From Chthonomonadales bacterium (GTDB taxonomy: Bacteria > Armatimonadota > Chthonomonadetes > Chthonomonadales > CAJBBX01), in NCBI GenBank assembly GCA_046715155.1, contig JBKJZI010000031.1:10875-74874 (forward strand): a stretch of 64,000 bases of DNA. Reading direction: 5' to 3'. Both the position numbers and the translations under genes were made by a program. The notes under the pieces were generated by a model. That model was not told the DNA's origin. It ran no database searches and worked only from the letters and a program-made list of their open reading frames with translations. Positions 8,987 through 17,869 of this stretch are shown in pieces (the stretch's first letter is position 1; every line of letters begins with the position of its first letter).

Positions 8987-10086
8987 AGGCCCTCATGCTC
9001 CGCCCGGGCAGTTCGTGCGGTTGTAACCCGCTCTATCAGGTCCAACCACATTGGACGGATTCGCTCCCACGAGGATTGCTCAGCGAGAGCCCTGCCGTTG
9101 ACAGAAAGCCGTTCGGCGAGATTCGGATCGTCCAACAATCGGCAAATGGCTGCAGCGGCCGAATCCGCGTCTTCGTCGGGTACGAGCAGGCCCGTTTCTT
9201 CATTCTGTAGAAGGTAGGGCACGCCGCCTACTGCCGTGGCAACGACCGGCATACCCATTGCCGCAGCCTCGACGACAGAGACCGGCATGTTGTCAATTCT
9301 GTTCGTGTTCAGATAGATGTCCGCAGCGTCTCCCTCGCGCGTTTTGGCCTCCATGTTCAGAAATCCAGCGAATCGGACGCTGTTGGCAACACCCAGAGAT
9401 TCCGCCAGCGCCTGGCATTCCTGCCCGAGACCCTTCTCTTCACCCGCCATTACCATCGAGGCATTCGGATGAGTTTGCTTTACCCTGGCGAAGGCGTGTA
9501 TTGCCATCTGCGGATTGTAGATTGGGTGGAATGCTCGCATCCACAGAATCCTTGGTTGAAGGTGAATTCGGCGGCGGTAGGGGTATTGTCCCACATTGAT
9601 GATGTTGGCGATGACTTTCGCCTCGTAGCCGTATCGCTGGATTGCGTCGGCAAGATAAGCGGAGGGGACTACGATCGACGCCGCCCGGTCCAGCACCCGC
9701 CGGCTCCAGGCCAGGTGTTTCGCCATGAACTCCGGCATCGCCCCACCCCGGAGCACCATGATGATGGGGATTCCGAATCGCCTGGCCAGCAAGCTGGCGG
9801 CATCCTCAACCACAAAGCTCGACCCGCCGAAAACCTGGAGAATCATCGCATCGGTGCACCGATGCCGGGCAATAATGGTACCCAGGATATTCAGCATCCT
9901 GGCGTAACGGTTCAGCCGGCTGCTCACGGAGACAACCGGGAAGCCTTCCGATGCAAGAAGATCGGAGAGTCGCTCTCCCTGGGTGGTGACGTAGCCGGGC
10001 GTTCGACCGACCATAGGGCCGACGATGCAAAGTCGGGGAAGGGGTCTAGGGTCTAGGGTCTGGGGTTTAGGGTCTAGGATAAACAC
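8974..10086 (-). CDS. Glycosyltransferase family 4 (GT-B, Glycos_transf_1)
   Basis: 370 aa. VVEAAAMGMPVVATAVGGVPYLLQNEETGLLVPDED (E-x7-E region). The only start codon upstream of the first beta-strand RLCIVGP is GTG 10086. Codons 4-15 are encoded by a heptamer tandem repeat. Confidence 0.85.
   Translation of the reverse strand: MFILDPKPQTLDPRPLPRLCIVGPMVGRTPGYVTTQGERLSDLLASEGFPVVSVSSRLNRYARMLNILGTIIARHRCTDAMILQVFGGSSFVVEDAASLLARRFGIPIIMVLRGGAMPEFMAKHLAWSRRVLDRAASIVVPSAYLADAIQRYGYEAKVIANIINVGQYPYRRRIHLQPRILWMRAFHPIYNPQMAIHAFARVKQTHPNASMVMAGEEKGLGQECQALAESLGVANSVRFAGFLNMEAKTREGDAADIYLNTNRIDNMPVSVVEAAAMGMPVVATAVGGVPYLLQNEETGLLVPDEDADSAAAAICRLLDDPNLAERLSVNGRALAEQSSWERIRPMWLDLIERVTTARTARAEHEGLCAE
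10042..10078. repeat. Tandem heptamer array 5 x 7 nt (GGGTCTA on + strand, CTAGACC-type on coding strand) inside the 5' end of the GT4 gene
   Basis: Read directly: GGGTCTA GGGTCTA GGGTCTG GGGTTTA GGGTCTA GG. Confidence 0.9.
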
Positions 10087-10105
10087 TACTCACCACCGTA
10101 ATTAG

Positions 10106-10140
10106 CCATTCGTCATTCGTCATTTGTCATTCGTTTTTCG
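10106..10140. repeat. Tandem heptamer array 5 x 7 nt (YCATTCG) filling the asnB-2 / GT4 intergenic leader
   Basis: Read directly: CCATTCG TCATTCG TCATTTG TCATTCG TTTTTCG. It ends exactly at the asnB-2 stop codon (10141-10143). Confidence 0.9.
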
Positions 10141-12045
10141 TTATACCTCGCAGGCGAGTTGAACTGAGAGAAGCATGATGGCGCGCTGATAGAGGCCTTC
10201 TCGAGAGATTCCCGGCGACTGCCTGCCTTCACAGAAGTCCTCTACGATCGGTTTGTATGCCTCTTGCCGGAAGAATTGAGGAAGCGCGCTTCCCGGGCCG
10301 AGCAGCGTGTCGAGAAGGCGAGCTCGGAATTCTGAATCCACCCACCGGTCCACCGGGATCATGAATCCGCCCTTCGGTTTCGACGCTACGGATGCTGGAA
10401 GGCGTTTTGCGGCTACGCCTCTCAGTATTCGCTTGCCGGTCTTCTCGCGGACCTTCAGTCTATGCGGAAGAGTCAGCCCAAAATCAAAAAGGGTCTCATC
10501 CAGCATCGGGACGCGTACTTCCAGGCTCTCTTTCATGCTCGCCGTGTCCACTTTGAATAGATAGTCATCCGCGAGGGTCAAGCGGGTCTGGACTTCGGTT
10601 GCGTGCGCCGATAGACGCTCTAGTCTTCCTGCTCCACGCGGAAGCCGGTAGTCCCATACCGGCTCGAAGTGGCGGCGGACGGGGAGATGGCCGGCCGAAA
10701 TCAGCAGCTCGCGATGCTCCGTTGGGCGAATCCAGCAGAGGAGCGTTTGCAGGATGTCGGAATCGTCCGCAGCCGAGAGCGATCGGAGGCGGGATGGAAG
10801 ACGGTCCGATACAATCCCCGTACGTGCCAAAAGACCGGCGCCGGCCGCAGCGCCAACGCGGGCCGGCGCCGGAATCCGCTGCCATCGGAGTATGTCCTCA
10901 ATGCGCCAGAAACTGTCATAGCCGCCGAATCCCTCGTCTCCCCCATCACCGGAGAGCGCAACCGTGACGTATTTTCGCATAAGGCGGCACACCGCATTCG
11001 CGGCAAAAAGGGATGTGTCGGCATAAGGCTGGCCCGCCTGCCGAAGGACGCCCGTAACGTGGTCCCAGGTGCCCGCCAACCCGCCCATGTCCAGAGTCAG
11101 GTGGTCGCTGCCGATATGACGGGCGACTTCCAAAGCAGCCCAGGTCTCATCATAGTCGTCTTCCGGGAACCGGACGTTGAAAGAGCGGATTCCGTTCGAC
11201 GCGGCTCGCTGCGCCGACGCGCTCACCAGGGAAGAATCGATTCCGCCGCTGAGCAGCGTACCAAGCGGCACGTCGCTCTCGAGTTGACTGGAGACGGCCG
11301 TGTCGATGAGATCGGCAGCCCTTTCCACCGCCAATTCTTCAGATAAACTGTCATCCGGGGCGATCGTCCAGCGATGATACGTGCTGCGCTGGATGTTTAC
11401 GTGTTCAGATTCCAGTTGGGCGACCAGAGTCTCACCGGGCTGCAGCGAACGGATGCCGAGGAAGAACGTTTGGGGCGCCGGGATATAGAAGAGCGAGGCG
11501 AAGTCATGCACCGCCTGAGAATCCGGAGTCCTGTCGACGCCGGGCATCTGGAGCAAGGCGCGAATCTCGCTTGCGAACGCGAGCCGGCCGGTTGTGTGGG
11601 AGTAAAAGAGCGGTTTGATTCCGAAGCGGTCGCGTGTGAGTAGTAAAAGCTTTCGCTTCAGGTCGAATACGGCGATGGCGAACATCCCACGGAGCTTGCG
11701 GACGAAATCAGCCCCATCTTCCTCATACTGGTGCAGAATGACCTGCGTGTCGGAATGCCCGCGGAATCTGTGCCCCTTCGCCTCCAGCTCTCTGCGCAGC
11801 TCGCGGTGATTGTATATCTCACCATTGTAAACGGTCCAGACGGTCTCGTCTTCGTTGGACATGGGCTGCAGCCCTAGCGGAGAGAGGTCTATAATGCTGA
11901 GACGGCGGTGGATGAGCGTACAGTCGGGCCATTCGCGCACTTCGCCGGCGTCAGGACCGCGATGGCGCAGCGACGCCTCGACCATTCCGGCGGCCCCCTG
12001 ACGGTCTCGAGGAGGCTCCCCTATCCATCCCGCGATTCCGCACAT
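10141..12045 (-). CDS. asnB: Asparagine synthase (glutamine-hydrolysing) family amidotransferase, paralogue 2
   Basis: The track ORF starts at 12060 (MAPSPMCGIAG). Ntn amidotransferases need Cys at position 2, so ATG 12045 (MCGIAGWIG) is the likely start. PP-loop LLSGGIDSSLVSA. Confidence 0.9.
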   Translation of the reverse strand: MCGIAGWIGEPPRDRQGAAGMVEASLRHRGPDAGEVREWPDCTLIHRRLSIIDLSPLGLQPMSNEDETVWTVYNGEIYNHRELRRELEAKGHRFRGHSDTQVILHQYEEDGADFVRKLRGMFAIAVFDLKRKLLLLTRDRFGIKPLFYSHTTGRLAFASEIRALLQMPGVDRTPDSQAVHDFASLFYIPAPQTFFLGIRSLQPGETLVAQLESEHVNIQRSTYHRWTIAPDDSLSEELAVERAADLIDTAVSSQLESDVPLGTLLSGGIDSSLVSASAQRAASNGIRSFNVRFPEDDYDETWAALEVARHIGSDHLTLDMGGLAGTWDHVTGVLRQAGQPYADTSLFAANAVCRLMRKYVTVALSGDGGDEGFGGYDSFWRIEDILRWQRIPAPARVGAAAGAGLLARTGIVSDRLPSRLRSLSAADDSDILQTLLCWIRPTEHRELLISAGHLPVRRHFEPVWDYRLPRGAGRLERLSAHATEVQTRLTLADDYLFKVDTASMKESLEVRVPMLDETLFDFGLTLPHRLKVREKTGKRILRGVAAKRLPASVASKPKGGFMIPVDRWVDSEFRARLLDTLLGPGSALPQFFRQEAYKPIVEDFCEGRQSPGISREGLYQRAIMLLSVQLACEV

Positions 12046-12049
12046 AGGG

Positions 12050-13258
12050 CTAGGGGCCACCTTTCGCAGCAGAATCCGGCGCCGAATCTACGCCGACGGA
12101 GACGAGTGTACGGGGTAAGTCTTGCTCACCCAGCTTCAAGAGCGGGCGGATGCGCGCCAGATACTCATCATATCCAAACATCGGAGCCGCCTGGAGCCCG
12201 TTCTTGCTATGCTCCATCCATCTGCCCGAATTCCGCACGTAATCCTGCACCGCATCTGCAAATCCGCGGATATCATCCTTTGGAAGCGCCGACCCAGTAC
12301 TGCACTGACGTAGAATCTGCGGAATCGACCCGACGTCGCTGGCCAACGGGACGACACCATACGCCATTGCCTCACTCAAGACCTTGGGCCAACCTTCGGA
12401 GTCGCTAGGGAGCATTATAATGTGAGATTCTCGGTAAAAGCTCGGAATTCCACGGCGCGGAATCCATCCGTGAAATTTCGCGCAATCGGAGATTCCGTTC
12501 TCGGTCGCCCGACGCTCCAGGGACTCGCGGTCCGGGCCGTCACCTATTAGATCAAGCGTTGAGTCTACACCAATCCGTTTCAGCTCGCCTAGAATTTCCA
12601 GCGCTCGGGCGGCCCCCTTTTCAACCTCGATTCCGCCTACATAGAGCAGTCGGACAGGGAGTCCCAGACTCTTGTCCTTTGCTGCAGCCGCCCCCTCGTT
12701 CAGCTCCTCTCTTGTAAGGCATGGATTCAGGAAAGAATGAACATGGCCGGGTTCGCCAACCCACTCACCATTGACGGTGACCTGCGCGCCGTGACGTCCC
12801 TTTCGGAGCCACCAGCGCTGGAATCGGTAGCTGAGCGGATCGTCCGCGGTGGGCCTCCAATTGCCGGCGTATTTGATCCAGCGCGTGCGGTGACGTGGCA
12901 TTAGGGGCAGTAGGAGGACCGCAAGCAAGCTGATGTTCGCTGGACAGCGCACGTGAATGACATCCGCGTTTTGACTCGCGCGCCAAATTGCCGCGCAATA
13001 GCCCGGCCAACGGGCGGGAATGCTCAGTTTGTCGACGAACCTTTCTCCGCCAGACGGCAGAACGGGGCGAAGCTCTACCCCTGGAGAGGTGTAGGGTGAT
13101 GCGCTGTCCGGAGCAGGCTCCGAGTGCAAAGGCGCGACGTGTACCACCGAGTCGAAGAGGCTTGCGAGGTAGTCGATCTCCCGAACTGTCGGTCCCCACC
13201 CCACAACGGTCCCATCGCGCTGATAGTGCGGAGTATGCGAAATGACCGCAAGCCTCAT
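12050..13258 (-). CDS. Glycosyltransferase family 4
   Basis: MRLAVISHTPHY is a typical GT-B start at ATG 13258; the track start 13306 is a GTG overlapping the upstream gene. C-terminal SDSEGWPKVLSEAMAYGVVPLASDVGSIPQIL. Confidence 0.8.
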   Translation of the reverse strand: MRLAVISHTPHYQRDGTVVGWGPTVREIDYLASLFDSVVHVAPLHSEPAPDSASPYTSPGVELRPVLPSGGERFVDKLSIPARWPGYCAAIWRASQNADVIHVRCPANISLLAVLLLPLMPRHRTRWIKYAGNWRPTADDPLSYRFQRWWLRKGRHGAQVTVNGEWVGEPGHVHSFLNPCLTREELNEGAAAAKDKSLGLPVRLLYVGGIEVEKGAARALEILGELKRIGVDSTLDLIGDGPDRESLERRATENGISDCAKFHGWIPRRGIPSFYRESHIIMLPSDSEGWPKVLSEAMAYGVVPLASDVGSIPQILRQCSTGSALPKDDIRGFADAVQDYVRNSGRWMEHSKNGLQAAPMFGYDEYLARIRPLLKLGEQDLPRTLVSVGVDSAPDSAAKGGP

Positions 13259-13292
13259 AGGATTCGCGTCCGGTCTCCCCTTACAGTATCGG

Positions 13293-14876
13293 TCATGCTC
13301 CGGCACGCGTGTCCGCGAGAAGTCCGAGTTCCGTTTTCAGTTGGCTGGCCGCGCGTGTCGCGCGCCAGAGCTTCCACGGCGCGGATAGCCAGAGCCACGC
13401 CACTTCTACCGCCCTCTGTCGCCGGTGTGCGGCCGTCCAGAAATACAACAAGTATAGAGGCAGCCAGTACGGCCGAGGGTAGTAACGCCGTACGGTATAT
13501 ACCTGGGTTGGCGGCGGGTAGGGCGAGAGCCATGTCGCGCTATTCCGCCACCACGCGCCATAGGTACGCATCCCTCCTGACGGGGCCTTATGGTGCGTCT
13601 CTATCGCCTTCGGGTTGAATATTATCTCCTTGCCGTTAAGGTACAGCCGGGCGCCGAGATCGTGATCGGCTCCGGACCCACGGTTGAAGGCGACGTCTAA
13701 TCCCCCGACATCGAGGAGCGCATCCCGTCTTACAAGGCAATTTCCCGTCGCGAGCACGTCCGAAAGCTGATGATGTCGTTTCTGCTCGGGAATGTAGTCG
13801 ACTGTTTTCCATGGAGCGAGCGAAACTCCCGTAGAAGCATCGGCGCCGGAGTATTCCACCGCGCGCACGTGCTCCTCCAGAAGGGCGTCCCACGCCTCGG
13901 TGTCATCCTCCCACAACAGACACCACTCTCCCGAAGCTTGCTTGATGGCTGCATTACGTGAGGTGGACTGGCCGGGCCGGTCCTGATATATCACTCGGAA
14001 TTTGGGGCCTTCAAACGGGGCGTACACCTCCGGCTGCCGCCGATCCTTCGGCGTTTGATCCACGACAATCACCTCATCCGGAGGTGGATTCTGTTTCAAC
14101 AGCGATTCAATGGATCTGGCAATGTAATCGTACCGGTTGAGCGTCGGTATGATCGCCGTGATTCCACGGACATCCTGCCGTTTCTCCGTACCGATCAGAC
14201 GCGTAGGGCCTACTGCCGAAGCGCGTTTGGGCCTGGGATGCTGTCGGACTCGGCGGCGGGCGCGCGCGAACGCGGTCCACACCTTGAACGGATTATCTCC
14301 GGCAAGGGGCGCCCAGAACGCTGCCCACGTCGTATGCAAACGCCCAATGTGACGGAGCACAAATACAAATTCATCGATCAGGCCAATGGGATCGACCGCG
14401 GGCAGAGGCGGCCTGGAGGTGAGCCAGGCCGGATCGTGACTCACGCGGCCGCCTGCAGCCAGGAGTCGGAATCCAAAATCCATAAGTCGCGCCGACGGGC
14501 TTTCATACGCGGAATCGAAACCGCCCAGATCGCGAAGGACATTCGGCCGAATCATGCACAGGGAAGGGGTCGCTCTCCAGCTTGAGCTGCGGGACTTCGA
14601 ACAAGGATCAAGCAGAAACCAGTTGAGACAGGCGAACCGCGAGAGCCCCAGAGCGCCTGCGCCTCCCAAAAGCAGCCCTGCGTGTGAAAAGTCGTCCCTG
14701 GCCGCCGCGGATGCCGGAATCTCCTGAGCGCACGAGTGGAGTGCTGCGTCGTAGATCACCGCCGTTTCCGCCGGGCAATTGGCGATAGCGCTCATGGCTT
14801 CGGAGGCGGACTCGTAGCAGCGGAGTCCATGCGGCAGTACGGAAGCATCTCGGCCAAATGGGAAAAGCTCAACCAT
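13293..14876 (-). CDS. Two-domain glycosyltransferase: degenerate GT2-like N-terminal half + canonical GT2 C-terminal half
   Basis: 527 aa. C-terminal half has ITAIIPTLNRYDYIARSIESLLKQNPPPDEVIVVDQTP and CLLWEDDTE (DxD-like). N-terminal half retains only a CMIRPNVLRDLGGFDSAY...MDFGFRLL-type GT2 tail. Confidence 0.8.
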   Translation of the reverse strand: MVELFPFGRDASVLPHGLRCYESASEAMSAIANCPAETAVIYDAALHSCAQEIPASAAARDDFSHAGLLLGGAGALGLSRFACLNWFLLDPCSKSRSSSWRATPSLCMIRPNVLRDLGGFDSAYESPSARLMDFGFRLLAAGGRVSHDPAWLTSRPPLPAVDPIGLIDEFVFVLRHIGRLHTTWAAFWAPLAGDNPFKVWTAFARARRRVRQHPRPKRASAVGPTRLIGTEKRQDVRGITAIIPTLNRYDYIARSIESLLKQNPPPDEVIVVDQTPKDRRQPEVYAPFEGPKFRVIYQDRPGQSTSRNAAIKQASGEWCLLWEDDTEAWDALLEEHVRAVEYSGADASTGVSLAPWKTVDYIPEQKRHHQLSDVLATGNCLVRRDALLDVGGLDVAFNRGSGADHDLGARLYLNGKEIIFNPKAIETHHKAPSGGMRTYGAWWRNSATWLSPYPPPTQVYTVRRYYPRPYWLPLYLLYFWTAAHRRQRAVEVAWLWLSAPWKLWRATRAASQLKTELGLLADTRAGA

Positions 14877-14918
14877 TCTCTTACTCGTTGAACCTCTGCG
14901 GCAGATTCCGCGCTTTTG

Positions 14919-16034
14919 TCAGATCTTAAGCGCCTTAGTATAGTGAGCAAGAAGACCCTGATAGCAGGCCTCTACGCTATAAGTCGACTCGGCCCGCTGC
15001 CGTGCAGCGACGCCGAGTTCGGCGCGCATCTCCGGGCATTCCACAAGCCGTTGAAGCGAGCCGGCAATAGCGGCTGGCGTCGTATCCGTTAGGAGCAAAC
15101 CGGCCCGACCATGGTCGAGCACTTCTGCGTTCGCTCCGATATTGGTTGCAATCACTGCTTTGCCGGCTGCCATCGCCTCTAACAGCACATTGGCCATCCC
15201 CTCGCGAGAACTAAAGAGAGCCACAACATCGAACGCTTCCATGTACTCATCGACGTTCGGGACCGTACCGGTGAGCGAGACAGAGTCCCGCAGATTGAGA
15301 CGGCCGATCTCGTGTTCCAGCCGTCCGCGTTCAGGACCATCGCCCACCAGGCAGGTTCGGAGCGACAGCCCGCGGTCTCTAGCCAGGGATAGCGCGGATA
15401 AGAGGTTCGAGTGTCCCTTGTGCTCGGCCATCCGGGATACGTATCCGATGCCGGTCACGGTCTCATCCCATCCCAGGCTCGCACGGATTCGCTCACGAAT
15501 CTCTGGGCGAGGCGGCGCGACCGATACGCCGTTGGCCAGCACGCCGATCGTTCGGGAAGGAACGCTTACGAGCCTCGCAAGGTGTTCCGCCACGGCCGCA
15601 CTGTTCGCTGTGTAATGAGCGCCCATCGCTCGCAGCGCGTGAAACTGAATCATCCTCCTCGCGCGGGCGAATCCGCGCAGGGGATAACAGTTCCTCTCGG
15701 TCACGCAAAAAGCCTTTGCGCCCCCTTGCCTCGCGGCTGAGAACTGCTGCCAGATCGAGAAATTCACCTGGCTATGAACGAGATCGGCTTCAAGAATCTT
15801 AATGAGCGATCCGAGCTCTCCGAGCCTATGCCGATTCCGCCGCCAATTTGCCGGCGCTTGAACGACCTTTACGCCTCCGGTTTCCAGGACTTGGACGAAT
15901 ATGCCCGATCGTTCCGAAAGGCAGCAGACTATGGGCTCGAAGTCCGAGGATTCCTTCGCGCGCAGCGATACGCGCGTCACGAATCGTTCCAGCCCTCCCG
16001 CGCCCAGGTTTCCGACGAGGTAGAGCACGCGCAA
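14919..16034 (-). CDS. Glycosyltransferase family 4
   Basis: The track ORF (to 16208) overlaps the upstream gene by 160 nt. TTG 16034 (GTG 16028 is an alternative) gives MRVLYLVGNLGAGGLERFV, 14 nt after the upstream stop 16049-16051. C-terminal SSREGMANVLLEAMAAGKAVIATNIGANAEVL. Confidence 0.8.
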   Translation of the reverse strand: MRVLYLVGNLGAGGLERFVTRVSLRAKESSDFEPIVCCLSERSGIFVQVLETGGVKVVQAPANWRRNRHRLGELGSLIKILEADLVHSQVNFSIWQQFSAARQGGAKAFCVTERNCYPLRGFARARRMIQFHALRAMGAHYTANSAAVAEHLARLVSVPSRTIGVLANGVSVAPPRPEIRERIRASLGWDETVTGIGYVSRMAEHKGHSNLLSALSLARDRGLSLRTCLVGDGPERGRLEHEIGRLNLRDSVSLTGTVPNVDEYMEAFDVVALFSSREGMANVLLEAMAAGKAVIATNIGANAEVLDHGRAGLLLTDTTPAAIAGSLQRLVECPEMRAELGVAARQRAESTYSVEACYQGLLAHYTKALKI

Positions 16035-16048
16035 CGGTCTATGCTTTC

Positions 16049-17869
16049 TCAGGCCCGCGCTCGGCTGACGGCGACTTCCGTTTGAGTCTGCTCCTGGACC
16101 TGAATGATGGCATCGGCAATAGCGTACTTGTCGCGTCTCGGAACAATGCGGCAATGGTGGCTCGCCTCCGGCACGCGAGTTAGGCCCAGGGCATCCGTAC
16201 AGATGCAAGGAATTCCAGCGTCGATCGCTTCCTGCAGAGCGTGACCTGCCCCGTCAGACACCGCTGCCAACAGAAACACATCAGCGGTTTCTAGCGCCTC
16301 GCGGCCGCGGGACGGGTCTAGAATCACATCGACCACGTCTGTCAACCCCATCTCGTGGCGCGCGAATCCGACAGCTTCCAGGAATGGCCCGTTTCCCACG
16401 ATGGTGTAATGAATTGCTAATCCGCGGTCGATCAGACTGCGCACTGCGTCCAGGGCGTATTCGTGCCCACTGCGCCAGTCAAGATCCGCTACTGTAACGA
16501 TCTCAAGCGGGCGACGAACCCGCAACGAGGCGTCGCCATCTCGTGACATTGGCTGCGTGTCCACGCCCCTTCGACCGTTTTGGTAAGAAGGCTGTGGGTT
16601 CGGCGGAGCGCCCGGACGCGGCTGCAAATGTAAGACTTCCTCATAAAGAGCGATAAATCGTTGGGCTTGCATTGCCGGCTGAAAGTCACGCTCGACTCGG
16701 GCGCGGCCCGCGCGCCCCATATCTACCCGCAATCGCGGATCGCGGGCCAGCTGGATGATTGCATCCGCCAATGCGCTTGGATCACGAGTGGGAACGACCA
16801 GCCCTTCAACGCCATGAGTGACAGCCTCCCGCATCCCGCCGCAATCGGTGGTGATTACGGGAACGCCGCAAGCCATCGCCTCGATTACCGCGTTTGAAAT
16901 TCCTTCGCTCAGGGCAGATAGAACGAGGATGTCCGATCGCCAAAGAGCGTCTCTGACTCGGATCGCGTCGAGCTTACCGAGGACGTGGACCCGGCCATCC
17001 AATCCAAGCTCGGCGACGGTGTGTTTCGCGCGGTCCCTCTCAGGGCCATCGAAGTCGACCAGGCTCAATTCGATGTTGTATCCGCGGTCGACAACCTCTT
17101 GGAGGGCGAGGAGCAAGTATTCATATCCCTTGCGCCAGATAGCCGCACCAACGTTGAGCAGCCGTATCGGTTCGTCTGGCTTCCGGTCCACGGGGTCGCG
17201 TGGATGAAAGAACTCCGAATCGACGGCGGTATAAACCACGCGTCCTTTCTCCTGCGGCATGCCTAGCTTTTCGGCCTCTCCAAGGATATTGTGACAAACG
17301 CCGTGCACAAGGGCCGCGCGGGAGAAGGACTCCGCAAGCTCATCGCGCCTGTGTTCGTTGCCAGGAACATATGGCAGGATACTGACTTGCCTACCGCGGC
17401 AGCTCACGACAAACGGTACACCAAAAAGATCGGGAAGCCAGTCGTAAGAGGCTGCAGCGCCATTCCACTCAAAATGAATGATGTCCGGCTTTGAGCTGAG
17501 GTACGGCGCCGCATTGCACCACCAGTGGGCGAATTGTCGCGGCGATCGAGTATGGGCCCAAGCGATGCCAATCAGCGCTGCGAACCGATGCGGATTCCGA
17601 AACAGCGCAATTAGAGAGGTTCGCAGGGTCCGCAATCCAACGGCGACCCCGGATTCGAGAGCGCTGGGAAGGCGTATTATTTTGGCAAAGGGTAGCAGCC
17701 TGGGATCAATGGGGCCGTGATTCGAGGTTCCCACCGTAATCTCAACGCCGGCCGCAGCCAGGGCTTGGAGACGGCCGGATATAAAGGGCTGGAACTCCGG
17801 CGGCCACATAATGCTGACGTCCAGCAGACGGAGGGGGCGGTCAGGCACGTACCCACCCCTCCCACGCAT
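16049..17869 (-). CDS. Glycosyltransferase family 4 with an extra C-terminal GT-B half-domain
   Basis: Core ends LSEGISNAVIEAMACGVPVITTDCGGMREAV...ALYEEVL. A second Rossmann-like half follows (HYTIVGNGPFLEAV...LLAAVSDGAGHALQEAIDAGIPCICTD). Start is uncertain: ATG 17911 (71-nt overlap), ATG 17869, or GTG 17848 (GTGCCTGA overlap). Confidence 0.75.
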   Translation of the reverse strand: MRGRGGYVPDRPLRLLDVSIMWPPEFQPFISGRLQALAAAGVEITVGTSNHGPIDPRLLPFAKIIRLPSALESGVAVGLRTLRTSLIALFRNPHRFAALIGIAWAHTRSPRQFAHWWCNAAPYLSSKPDIIHFEWNGAAASYDWLPDLFGVPFVVSCRGRQVSILPYVPGNEHRRDELAESFSRAALVHGVCHNILGEAEKLGMPQEKGRVVYTAVDSEFFHPRDPVDRKPDEPIRLLNVGAAIWRKGYEYLLLALQEVVDRGYNIELSLVDFDGPERDRAKHTVAELGLDGRVHVLGKLDAIRVRDALWRSDILVLSALSEGISNAVIEAMACGVPVITTDCGGMREAVTHGVEGLVVPTRDPSALADAIIQLARDPRLRVDMGRAGRARVERDFQPAMQAQRFIALYEEVLHLQPRPGAPPNPQPSYQNGRRGVDTQPMSRDGDASLRVRRPLEIVTVADLDWRSGHEYALDAVRSLIDRGLAIHYTIVGNGPFLEAVGFARHEMGLTDVVDVILDPSRGREALETADVFLLAAVSDGAGHALQEAIDAGIPCICTDALGLTRVPEASHHCRIVPRRDKYAIADAIIQVQEQTQTEVAVSRARA

